From Obrimoposthia wandeli (Eukaryota), in assembly GCA_977020255.1 (NCBI GenBank), contig CDROCS010006174.1, forward strand, positions 1 through 64,000: DNA of 64,000 nt, read 5' to 3'. This document shows, one piece after another, positions 8,584-18,496 of this stretch. Under the pieces are notes generated by a model. It ran no database searches, was not told the DNA's origin, and saw only the letters and a program-made list of their open reading frames with translations. The first letter of the stretch is position 1. Each line of letters opens with the position of its first letter. The position numbers and the translations under genes were made by a program.

Positions 8584-9059
8584 CTAAGTTTATCGCCAAT
8601 ATTATTTTAATCGTATTAGCATGATGTTGGCGTTAAAACTTAATTTTTTAATTCAATGTATAAGAAGGGCGGGTTAACCTTTATGGTGAGTTTTTTAAGT
8701 AAATGGCAACATAGCCTTTTATTTAATGTTATTGCTAGCGCTTTGTTCATAGCATTAGTTCGCTGAATGATTGGCGGAACTTCCCATTATTATCCTTTAT
8801 AGTGATTATATTAATTTGATTAGCATGGCGGCTTGTTATGCTGCTTCCTTAATTCCTCTCAAATAAATTATTTCGATCAGATTAATGCGTGTGCAGAAGC
8901 TAATATTAGCTAAAAGCCGTATTAATCATCTTTACGTAATATGATAAGGAAAGCAGCATTGTGTTGATTTGAACTAATTAAGTTATCCATTTTGTTCAAG
9001 CTTAGTTACAATAGTGAGGACGATTCATCATAGAGATTAAAAGGGATGTGTGACAGCTT

Positions 9060-9530
9060 ATGAAGAATATATTTTCAACCAGTGCTTTACTGGTTTTATT
9101 CGTAGTTAGTATTTTTTCTAGTGCAGGTTTTGCCGGTGAAAATACGAGAGTTTCAGTTGAAAACGGTTATGCAAGAGAAAGCATTCCGGGTACATCCATT
9201 TCTTCGGCCTATATGGCCATCAATAATTTATCAGCAAAAAATATCCGACTAATCGCAGCCTCAAGCGTTGTGAGCGACCGAATAGAAATTCATGAACACA
9301 CAATGGCAGACGGATTAATGCGTATGCGCCAACGTGACTATGTGGAGATTTTGGCGAAAGATACAACTTTATTTCAGCCATCAGGATTTCATTTAATGAT
9401 TTTCGATTTAAAGCAGCCTCTAAAGGCAGAAGAAAATATTATCATAACGTTGTTTTTTGATGATCAATCTAGCATCGATGTGAATTATTCAGTTAAAGGT
9501 CTTAAGCAGAAAAAGCACCATCATCATTAG
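9060..9530 (+). CDS. Periplasmic copper chaperone PCu(A)C
   Basis: EIHEHTMADGLMRMR (HxxxxxxxMxM) and GFHLM motifs; C-terminal HHHH. Confidence 0.9.
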   Translation: MKNIFSTSALLVLFVVSIFSSAGFAGENTRVSVENGYARESIPGTSISSAYMAINNLSAKNIRLIAASSVVSDRIEIHEHTMADGLMRMRQRDYVEILAKDTTLFQPSGFHLMIFDLKQPLKAEENIIITLFFDDQSSIDVNYSVKGLKQKKHHHH

Positions 9531-9539
9531 GAGTTTGTT

Positions 9540-10532
9540 ATGAGCGTTAACATTTCAACAAAAACAGTAGTTTCGGGATTTTTAGCATTATTTATTGCGC
9601 TGTATTTATTGGGCATTTATTGGAGCTTTGAACCTGAACAATTCGATATTCGTGCTGAAGTAGCTAAAGCGGCAACAGCAGAAAATGTAAAACCGGTTGT
9701 TGGTTACACGACTACAACGGCATTAATTCTTGTTACCGAAACTTTACTAAATAAGCCTGGTGGTTATTTATCAAATGATGCACTGCCGCCGTCGGTATTT
9801 TTAGATAATATTCCAGCATGGGAGTTTGGTGCATTAGAGATGGTCAGAGATATGTCTTTGGTTATGCGCCAAGAGTTTAGTCGTTCACAGTCTCAATCAG
9901 CTGAAAACAAAAACTTAAAAGTTGCTCAACCACAGTTTAATATTGATCACACCAGTTGGGCAATTCCGAGCGCAGAAGGTGAATATCAAAAAGCTATTAA
10001 TGAGCTGTATGCTTACAGAACCGCGTTAACTGAAGTTAATAATCAGTCAGCTCAGTTTTATGCTCGCTCAGATAATTTACGTGGCTGGATCCAAGAAGCA
10101 ACAAAACGCTTAGGCAGCTATTCTCAGCGCTTAAGCGCAAGTGTAGGCCGTGAACAAATTAATGTTGACTTAGCGGGCGACAGTGTTGCACAACAATCAA
10201 CAGCAAGCGCTTCAAGCATGCAATTAAAAACCAGTTGGTGGGCAATCGATAACGAGTTTTATGAAGCGCGTGGCGCTTGCTGGGCTTTACTACATTTTTT
10301 AAAAGCAATCGAAATCGACTTTAATGACGTACTAGAAAAGAAAAATGCGAAAGTCAGCGTGCAACAAATCATTCGTGAATTAGAAGCTAGCCAAGAGTCT
10401 ATATGGAGCCCAATGGTGCTTAATGGCGATGGTTTTGGCATGCTTGCTAATCATTCATTAGTAATGGCAAATTATATATCACGTGCAAATGCGGCACTGA
10501 TCGATTTAAACGACTTATTAAGTCAAGGGTAA
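9540..10532 (+). CDS. DUF2333 family protein
   Basis: LLNKPGGYLSND, FLDNIPAWEFG, FSRSQSQS and NHSLVMANYISRANAA motifs. Confidence 0.85.
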   Translation: MSVNISTKTVVSGFLALFIALYLLGIYWSFEPEQFDIRAEVAKAATAENVKPVVGYTTTTALILVTETLLNKPGGYLSNDALPPSVFLDNIPAWEFGALEMVRDMSLVMRQEFSRSQSQSAENKNLKVAQPQFNIDHTSWAIPSAEGEYQKAINELYAYRTALTEVNNQSAQFYARSDNLRGWIQEATKRLGSYSQRLSASVGREQINVDLAGDSVAQQSTASASSMQLKTSWWAIDNEFYEARGACWALLHFLKAIEIDFNDVLEKKNAKVSVQQIIRELEASQESIWSPMVLNGDGFGMLANHSLVMANYISRANAALIDLNDLLSQG

Positions 10533-10538
10533 TTAAAT

Positions 10539-11306
10539 ATGAAAAAATTAGCACTAGCTGTAACGCTTGCATCACTTTTATCTACAAATGTTCAAGCGGA
10601 TGCCATCGGTATCTATTTAGGCGGTCAAATTTGGGATAATAAGGCATCAGGAACACTTGGAGATGGTACTTCACTCGTTGATTTTAACTTAGCTGATGAA
10701 AAACAAAATAGCTTTTTTATTGCCTTTGAGCACCCATTACCATTAATTCCAAATATACGCATTGCTTCTACATCGTTAGAAACTAAAGGTATGACAACAC
10801 TAGCGACTAATTTTGAGTTTGAAGACGAAACCTTCACTACTGGTGCGGATGTTCGAGCTAACTTTGATGTTAGCTATGTTGATTACACGCTGTATTATGA
10901 ATTGTTTGATAATGATTTATTATCATTTGATTTTGGCTTAACTGCTCGTGATTTTGACGGTGACGTAACCGTTTCTGCTCAAACTACTAGTGGTTCAACG
11001 ACCGTAACGCAATCAGATAGCATCGCAGTAACAGACATTGTGCCTATGTTGTACGTGAGAACTAATGTGGGATTACCGTTAACGGGTTTCAATCTTTATG
11101 CTCAAGGCAACTTTTTATCAATAGATGACCATACGCTTTACGACTACGAAGTAGGTGTAAGCTATGAACTTATTGATAACCTTGCTGTTGATATGAATAT
11201 TAACTTAGGCTATCGCGCTGTTAAGTTAGAACTAGAAGACTTAAATGATCTATATACCAATATTGAATTTGATGGTGTATTTATTGGTACGACTATTCAC
11301 TTCTAA
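10539..11306 (+). CDS. TIGR04219-family outer-membrane beta-barrel protein
   Basis: Signal peptide, FEHPLPLIPNIR motif, alternating beta-strand pattern, terminal F. Confidence 0.8.
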   Translation: MKKLALAVTLASLLSTNVQADAIGIYLGGQIWDNKASGTLGDGTSLVDFNLADEKQNSFFIAFEHPLPLIPNIRIASTSLETKGMTTLATNFEFEDETFTTGADVRANFDVSYVDYTLYYELFDNDLLSFDFGLTARDFDGDVTVSAQTTSGSTTVTQSDSIAVTDIVPMLYVRTNVGLPLTGFNLYAQGNFLSIDDHTLYDYEVGVSYELIDNLAVDMNINLGYRAVKLELEDLNDLYTNIEFDGVFIGTTIHF

Positions 11307-11329
11307 TTTTTAATATTAATGATGTTGAT

Positions 11330-11362
11330 AAAGCAGCACTGAGTGATCAGTGCTGCTTTTTT
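11330..11362 (+). terminator. Rho-independent terminator
   Basis: AAAGCAGCACTGA-GTGA-TCAGTGCTGCTTTTTT. Confidence 0.85.
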
Positions 11363-11498
11363 ATTGATTTTTTTTAGACTTTTTATCTATTAATACTGTT
11401 CGGTAACCAAAGAGCAGGTCTTATGCACAGCAAGCCTATCATTTATTGTTAAGTCTCAATTTTACGCCACTTGAAAGTGCCTATCAGATTTTATTACT

Positions 11499-11676
11499 TA
11501 ACCTGAGCTCTGAATAATGAGTGCTTGATACTCAAGTGAATCAAAAACTTAGGTGGCAAAGTAAATGCTATAACAAGGTGAACATCACGAATAGATACCA
11601 TCAATGCTTCATTTAACGCAAGTAATGGGTTAAAAGGGAGGATTGAGCAAGTGCTGCTTATCCAGAGTTCAGGTGA
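11499..11676. mobile_element. MITE family A, copy 1 (internally deleted)
   Basis: TIRs AACCTGAGCTCTGAATAA and TTATCCAGAGTTCAGGT. Body is collinear with 16485-16718 but lacks about 55 bp. Confidence 0.8.
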
Positions 11677-12146
11677 CTTAGTTAGAGGTTGGTCATTTTA
11701 AGAGGTTGATCGTTAGTATTATTCTTCTTGAGCGATTTATACATTATCAGCACTTAGAAGCTAAGCTTTTGGACTACTCACGCTGAGCATTTCTTTATTT
11801 ATCATTTTGTTTAGTCAAAAGTACAGCGACTTATCCTCAGGTCTTAAAAGCAGCAAGAGTCACCTTTATCTACCATGCTAAACACTATGCGTTTACGGTA
11901 TTCTTCTTATCAATATCTTGGCTCGACAATTCGCACTAGCATTGCTGATTAGTTTGGCTTTATAGCAAATGAATGAAGCTTTTAAGATTGAATATTATTT
12001 TCACTTAACTTATTCAAAAACTATAAATTATCGCTTGGTACTTCATCTAAGGCATGTATCGCTATGGTATTCGACTGCGGTTAATGAATTTATGTTTGAA
12101 GGGCTATGGAGGATCTTATTGATACCTTATCTGGAGTTGCGAGCAA

Positions 12147-12180
12147 TAAAAAAGCCATCAACATAATGTTGATGGCTTTT
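12147..12180 (-). terminator. Terminator of the S8 protease gene (bidirectional shape)
   Basis: AAAAAAGCCATCAACA-TAA-TGTTGATGGCTTTT. Confidence 0.8.
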
Positions 12181-12219
12181 GCTTTATAGGTTTTTAATTA
12201 ACAACCATAAACTATGAAA

Positions 12220-15200
12220 TTATACTTTTTTACGACGAGTAAATAACATAGGAGTAAGTAGCAACATTAACCAACCGAATGAACCACCGCTTGATTTTTC
12301 ATTAACAACTGATATAGAAGCAACAGTTGTATCTGTGTTGCCTTGGCCATCATCTACTGTTAGTTGGAAAGCAACAGTTTCATCTTGTTGAACTTGTGGT
12401 GCAACAAAGTTTAATGATGCTGAGCTATCATTGAAGCCTGCAGGAGTGCCTGATAACTGTACCCATGAATAAGTTAATTCATTGCCGTTAGCATCAGAAG
12501 ACGTTGAACCATCTATCGTAACATTACTGCCTTCAGTTGCAGTGCTCAACCCAGTTATTTTTGCAACAGGAGCTACTTCTACAACACCAAAAGAATAACT
12601 AGTTTCAATTGTATCACTACCTAATGTGTTTGTTAGGTTGATTTCATTACCCATACTTGCAGTGCGGGGAATTAAATCAAAACCTACAGATAGCATTTTA
12701 GTAGATTCACCAACAGCACGCGTAATTGACCAAGTCACAGTGTTTCCAGTAACAACACCTTCATTATCAACATTTGCTATTTCCTGACCGGCTGTAACAT
12801 CAGCTGTTAATGTATACACTTTATCTTCGTTCGTGAAGTTAGGCTCGATGTCAAAGCTAACTCTGTTAGCAACTCCAGGAGTCATTGTTTGGCTACCAGC
12901 CATTAATTCGTCAGTAGCGACGACTTTAATATCTGCTTGACCTAAAATGATTGTCCAAGGAAGTAAAATGCTACTATCCGCATCTTTTATTTCGATTAAA
13001 CCCGCAGAGTTTTCTGCGCCCGACCAGTTCAACGTTAAATCAAAATCTTTCTCATTTTGAGTCAGAGCTGATGTCATAGTCTCACTAATTGAATCATCAC
13101 TAAGTTCAGCTGTTGTTAGTACTTTCACATCAACTTTATCAGTAGCACCAGGAGCAGAAGCCGTAATTGCATCGGCGACAACATAGTAGGTATCTATTGG
13201 CAAGTTAGTAAAAGAAACTACTTCGTTAGCAGTAGAGCTACTACTTCTACCTATCGTAGTAAATGCTGAGTTTAATACACGCAAGTTGATATTAGGAGCT
13301 TCATTAGAACTAGCAGAGAATGCTGTTTGAGGTACTACATCCGCAACGTCAAAAGTGAAGAAAGCAAAACCACCATCTTCAACATCTAGTGAATTTTCTT
13401 GAATCACTTTAGCTTCATAAGCTTTAGTCGTTAAAGTGCCGGTTAGATCAGCAGACTTTATACCTGAATAAGTAATTGAACCGTCAGCACGATTTGCAAC
13501 AACAGACATTTGCGTTGGCAAGTTACTTCCAGCCGCTTGAACTAGCACTGGCAATCTAGCATCTGGAATGCCAGCAGACGTTAATGTAATGTCACCGAAG
13601 TTCCATACATTTGCATCAGCTTCAGTTACATCAGCAGTAACAGTAATAGTTTTAGTTTCACCAGCTTTGATATCAAAACTTGCCGGAGTGGCCGTAAGTT
13701 TCATCTTATTAGCGATTGGAGCCGCTACTGTTCCAGTTGCAGGCGTATTAGCCGTTACTACCCAATTTGCATCTTTAGTTGCTGTAAATGTACGAGTCCA
13801 AGTACAGGTATCAATACATTTAGTATTGGCCATTGAAGGGATGTTTAACGATGAAGGAACACCAGCAACAGCAGGATTTGCTTTTATGTAGTTAGCAAAT
13901 GTTTCATTCATAACTAGACCAGTATTTGACGCTAAGTTAACACGAATGCTACCAGAGCCCATATCAAATACATCAGCGTCTGTTTTGCCATCTTCTTTAC
14001 GAACATCTTGTGAAGCTGTAAGCATTAATGCTGAACGAATGTTATCAGCTGTCCATGTTGGATGAGCTGATTTTAATACTGCACCTGCGCCTGATGTATG
14101 AGGCGCTGACATTGATGTACCTTGTAAAAAGTTAAAATCTGCTGGCGATGTACCTGTAACATCATGACCATATTGTTCATCAGCATAGGCTGCATAAATT
14201 GAAACACCTGGTGCTGTCACTGATGGAGACATTATGTCAGCAGCGGTTAAGTTTGGTCCGCGCGATGAAAACTCTGCCATATCATCGCCTTTGGCGAGTA
14301 CAACTGTAATTACTGGATCTATTGTCAATTTCAGAGCAGGATCAGTCGCTAAGTCAGCTAATATAGCATTACCAGACTTTAGAGAAACCATAGCAGACGG
14401 AATTGTAGTTGCTTCTAATGAACCCATTACAAATGCTTCATCTTGATTCTCAGTATTGTTATTGTAAACAATAACTGAGGTTGCGCCAGCTGTAGTAGCA
14501 TTGTTTACTTTAGCTAAGAAGCCACATCCACCACGGCTGATTAGCGCCATAGAGTCTTTAAATGCATCTGCTGCAAATGCAGTACAACCATTAAAATTTG
14601 CTGGTTCAACATTAATTGCAGCGACTGGCGTACTTGTGATCACTTCACTGATAACTGGTCCTGTACTTGCAGTGAATTTATAGTTTTTATCATTAAATGT
14701 AACTACGGTATCTAATGTTCTACCGTGCGTAGAAGCACCAACAATGGTGTACCATGGCGCATTTTTAGATGTAGTGTAGGCGTTTGGACCACTGTTACCT
14801 GCAGAAACTGCAGAAAATATGCCCGCTTCTTGTGCAGCAAGAAAACCTAATTCAGTTGCACTTGTCCAAGGATTACCACCGCCACTAATTGAATAGTTAA
14901 GCACGTCAACACCATCTTTTACTGCATCATCAAGTGCGGCAATAATTGCAGAACCAGAACAGCCAGCGTATGTATCAGTGCCAGCTGCAGTTCTGGTTCC
15001 CGGGCTACAAATTTGATACGCTACGATGTTAGCATGTGGTGCAACACCTGATATTTGCTCAAAAGAAAAATCTTCATTCACAATACCGTCGCTTTGTGCC
15101 TTGCCGTTATCACCGGAAACTAAAGGAACATCTTTAAGAATGTTACCACCAGAGGTACTCGCCGTATGAGAACCATGTCCGCCGTAATCTTCACCGTTTT

Positions 15201-16086
15201 TAGCTGGAGGAGTGTCACCAAATACTTCGGTATCATCGTAATCATCAGTTATTGAGGCATATGAGCGCACACCAATTAATTTATCATTACACATTGAAGC
15301 AAAGTCGCCAGCACAATCACCAACGTATACACCCGCACCCCAAGGGTTTGTATGATCGTAGCCATCGCCACCAACATCTGCAAATGAAGCATGGTCTGAA
15401 TTAATACCACTATCGAGTACACCGATAATAACACCTTCACCCATGTTAATAGCCGTCGGGCCTTCACCTTCCCATACTTCTGTGGCACCAATGAAAGTAG
15501 GGCCAGTATCCGTATCCATTTGTTCCATGCGTTCACGTTCAACAAATGCAACACCGCTAATTGTCGCTAATTTTGCAGCTTCATCTTGCGTTAAGCGTAA
15601 AGCAACACCATTGAAGGCATTCTTATAACGATAAACAACTTCGGCTTTTTTACCTATTTTTCCCGCAGCTTGTGAAAGAAAATCTTGTTGTTTATTATCA
15701 AGGAAATTTGTGTATTGAATTGCTTCTTGTGAGTTAATATCTAAGCGTAATTCATCACGAACTTGTTGTGATGACATTTTGCTTTTTGCTAACTTAGCAA
15801 ATAACTCTTTTTTAGCTATTCTAGGGCTTGTTGCGGCAAGTCCTGCGATGCTACCGTCATAAGTAGCTAAGGCCAAATCGTTAAGACGAACAATATAAAT
15901 ATACTCTCCTGCCGCTAAATCTTTTTCAAAAAAGAACTTTTGAACAACGCTGTTGTTAACAGAAGCTCTAATGTTATCAGCTGTTGTTGCAGCGATCGAC
16001 TGACGAGCATCATCAATATTTGCTACTGAACTCAACGAAACTGACATTAATGCTGTCGATACAGCTAATGCGACTTTATTTCTCAC
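12220..16086 (-). CDS. Extracellular S8 subtilase with I9 propeptide, PA domain, Ig/PKD-like domains and GlyGly-CTERM
   Basis: Catalytic triad GVLDSG, HGSHTAST, GTSMSAP; PA domain (ISRGGCGFLAKV); C-terminus SSGGSFGWLMLLLTPMLFTRRKKV. Confidence 0.92.
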   Translation of the reverse strand: MRNKVALAVSTALMSVSLSSVANIDDARQSIAATTADNIRASVNNSVVQKFFFEKDLAAGEYIYIVRLNDLALATYDGSIAGLAATSPRIAKKELFAKLAKSKMSSQQVRDELRLDINSQEAIQYTNFLDNKQQDFLSQAAGKIGKKAEVVYRYKNAFNGVALRLTQDEAAKLATISGVAFVERERMEQMDTDTGPTFIGATEVWEGEGPTAINMGEGVIIGVLDSGINSDHASFADVGGDGYDHTNPWGAGVYVGDCAGDFASMCNDKLIGVRSYASITDDYDDTEVFGDTPPAKNGEDYGGHGSHTASTSGGNILKDVPLVSGDNGKAQSDGIVNEDFSFEQISGVAPHANIVAYQICSPGTRTAAGTDTYAGCSGSAIIAALDDAVKDGVDVLNYSISGGGNPWTSATELGFLAAQEAGIFSAVSAGNSGPNAYTTSKNAPWYTIVGASTHGRTLDTVVTFNDKNYKFTASTGPVISEVITSTPVAAINVEPANFNGCTAFAADAFKDSMALISRGGCGFLAKVNNATTAGATSVIVYNNNTENQDEAFVMGSLEATTIPSAMVSLKSGNAILADLATDPALKLTIDPVITVVLAKGDDMAEFSSRGPNLTAADIMSPSVTAPGVSIYAAYADEQYGHDVTGTSPADFNFLQGTSMSAPHTSGAGAVLKSAHPTWTADNIRSALMLTASQDVRKEDGKTDADVFDMGSGSIRVNLASNTGLVMNETFANYIKANPAVAGVPSSLNIPSMANTKCIDTCTWTRTFTATKDANWVVTANTPATGTVAAPIANKMKLTATPASFDIKAGETKTITVTADVTEADANVWNFGDITLTSAGIPDARLPVLVQAAGSNLPTQMSVVANRADGSITYSGIKSADLTGTLTTKAYEAKVIQENSLDVEDGGFAFFTFDVADVVPQTAFSASSNEAPNINLRVLNSAFTTIGRSSSSTANEVVSFTNLPIDTYYVVADAITASAPGATDKVDVKVLTTAELSDDSISETMTSALTQNEKDFDLTLNWSGAENSAGLIEIKDADSSILLPWTIILGQADIKVVATDELMAGSQTMTPGVANRVSFDIEPNFTNEDKVYTLTADVTAGQEIANVDNEGVVTGNTVTWSITRAVGESTKMLSVGFDLIPRTASMGNEINLTNTLGSDTIETSYSFGVVEVAPVAKITGLSTATEGSNVTIDGSTSSDANGNELTYSWVQLSGTPAGFNDSSASLNFVAPQVQQDETVAFQLTVDDGQGNTDTTVASISVVNEKSSGGSFGWLMLLLTPMLFTRRKKV

Positions 16087-16484
16087 GGATAATCCCCTTG
16101 GCGCTTAGATGCGCACTTTATTATTTTTTAGCTGATAGAGTCGTTATGAATATATATTATCAACTAGTTTATATTTTTATACTTAGAGCCTAATATTTGA
16201 GACAGCTTCAAGAATTCGCAAAAATGCGACGAGTAAACATAGCAATATGTAAAGATAATGTAAATATATTGTCAGTAAAGGTTTGCTGAAATTTTAAATT
16301 CTGTCTGAAAAGTGGAAGATTGTATTTACAGTGCTGTTGTTTTTTATTTAGAAATGCGGCTTTATCTGAAAATTGAATCAAATTATTTTGGAAAGTACAG
16401 GAGATAATAACGATTCGAACGATAATGTGATCTATTTCTTCACCAAAAAAAAGTGATAAATATAAGATAACAGGGGTTAGTAAC

Positions 16485-16718
16485 TAACCTGAACTCTGGA
16501 TGATGAGTGCTTGATACCTCAATAGAATCAAAAGCTTAGATGGCAAAATAAATGCTATAGCGAGGTGAACATTACTAATAGACACCATCAACGCTTCATT
16601 TTATGCCATTTCCAAGGCAAAACGTTGATGAATAGCGAGCTATTTATCGACGTTTTAAAGCAGATAATGGGTTAAAAGGTAGGATTGAGCAAGTGCTGCT
16701 TATCCATAATTCAGGTTA
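16485..16718. mobile_element. MITE family A, copy 2
   Basis: TIRs TAACCTGAACTCTGGAT and ATCCATAATTCAGGTTA; same orientation as copy 1; non-coding. Confidence 0.8.
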
Positions 16719-16809
16719 ACTATTCTTATTCTAAATTTTATAGCTCAGATATTGTAATTTTTACATGTAAAAACTAATCACTAATTAACCATTTGAATAT
16801 ATACCAAAC

Positions 16810-18130
16810 CTGAGGGATCCCCACAAAGATTTATTCATGTAATCCCTCAATATTAACGGTTAAGTTTGATAGTTGAGATAATACATATACGTACTCTTCG
16901 AGCGGTATAAAATATCGGTCATCATCAATAATTTCACGACCAATCGTTATCATTGATAATACCATCCTTCCTTTTTCTGTATTCGCTTGCAGTGAGAAAT
17001 GAAGCTTTTTCATTACCGCGGTGCAACCAATACACCACAATAAGTATAGAATAAGTGCCGCAATAAGAAGTAAGTTGTCAAAACGCTCAACACTTCGGGA
17101 GTTAGCACATTCTAAACCAACGCCTAACTTGTTGTTTTTTGTATCTCTAAAATTTTCTTCTATTTGCATCCGTTGACTGTAAAGGTTAACCGCTGTTTTT
17201 GCATTCTTCATGAATTTCTCAGGTAACCGAAAAACCAACAGCCAAGGCTCTTTTGCATCCTTTTTATGAATTTTATCTGTTGTTCTATTCGATATACCAC
17301 CACGCATTTTTTTAGCATTTCTTCCCTTAGCGCTTCGCTTATAAATAACGGCATTACACGGGAATTTAGCTTTCTTACCATAGTAAATTGAACCAAGATG
17401 TTCAGCTTTACCAACGCGCGCTTGGCTAAACCATTCATAGCTAGTTTTCCAATCCTTTTTATCTTGTGAAAGTGACACTCGACCTCTTACTCGCCCCATC
17501 CAATACCAGTTTTTTTCTTCGACAATTTTAAACCACGGTGAGCGATAAATGGCATCGGACACGATAATTGGCTCACATCCTTCAGTAAAATCAAAGGTCC
17601 AAAAACTTGTGCGCCTTTGTTGGTAGGTTCGCTTTCAGTAATATATAAGGTTAAACTTCTTCCCCTCATTGGAATACTTGCACGCAACACTTGAAATATT
17701 TCTTGTCCATTAATCGGTGACCAATCAACTAAAATGATTGGAAACTTTTGATGACCAATTAATTGGTTTGTCATGTACTCATAAAAATTCGGTCGTTCAA
17801 AATGTAGTAATGAGTTTCCTACTAGGCGATCTGCCCGTTTGATGTCATTCTTCTTTGTTGTTTTAGAAAGACTTTTTAAACCGCGACCTAAATAAGTCAC
17901 GGAAACACGTTGGTCATGCATACCTGAATGAACAAAAGTTAATAACGTATTTAATCGGGTCGCATGTATTTCAGGGTAGGCAGCGGCAATATCATTCTGT
18001 ATTATATCTGTGATCTTCATGGCTCATGTGGCTAGTTGCTTATGAAGTAATTTTGGATCGCTATTTTGAAGCATGAAGGTCTCCCTAAGCAAAACACTTT
18101 TTTCTTATTATTTTGTGGGGGAGGCTTCAA
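16810..18130 (-). mobile_element. IS4-family (IS10-like) insertion sequence, ~1.32 kb
   Basis: Left IR CTGAGGGATCCCCACAAAG, degenerate right IR (reverse complement TTGAAGCCTCCCCCACAAA), transposase inside. Confidence 0.85.
16831..18020 (-). pseudogene. IS4/IS10-like DDE transposase, split by frameshift(s) near 17570-17650
   Basis: N-part KNDIKRADRLVGN/ILVDWS (17487-18020) and C-part DAIYRSPWF/YSQRMQIEENFRDTK (16831-17562) are in different frames. Confidence 0.85.
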
Positions 18131-18464
18131 ACCACTTGAATATGAAGCCAGGAGCTGCTTAGAACAGCCTCGGGCGCGCAGAACAGATACTGGTTATTCT
18201 CCTCGGTAATTGCTCCTGCATTACCCTAATGTCCTACATCCATGTAGGAACCTGTGATCAAGTGCTGCACAGCTTTTTTGCTCCAGGCGTAAAAGCTATA
18301 CATACATCCGTGTATGCAACGCTGAGCTGGTTTCTAGCTTAGCCTTTTCGCAGGTAAAGGGTTATCGAATGGCGTTAGTCAATGGAACACCATCTTCTAA
18401 CTGCCTTGTGCTACCCTTTCGGACTTCTACAATCCTGCATCTTCAAGTGGCTTCTGATAGTATA
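18129..18464. mobile_element. MITE family B (~330 bp)
   Basis: TIRs AAACCACTTGAATATGAAG and CTGCATCTTCAAGTGGCTT; internal palindromes such as CCTACATCCATGTAGG; non-coding. Confidence 0.7.
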
Positions 18465-18496
18465 GGGCATGATATAACCACCAAGCCAAAAGTAGA

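Noticed and set aside
11969-12166. 65-aa plus-strand ORF
   Set aside because: No RBS or homology cue, and it runs into the protease terminator; probably spurious.
17487-17660. Programmed frameshift in the transposase
   Set aside because: IS4/IS10 elements use a single ORF; there is no slippery site, and several indels are needed to restore the frame.
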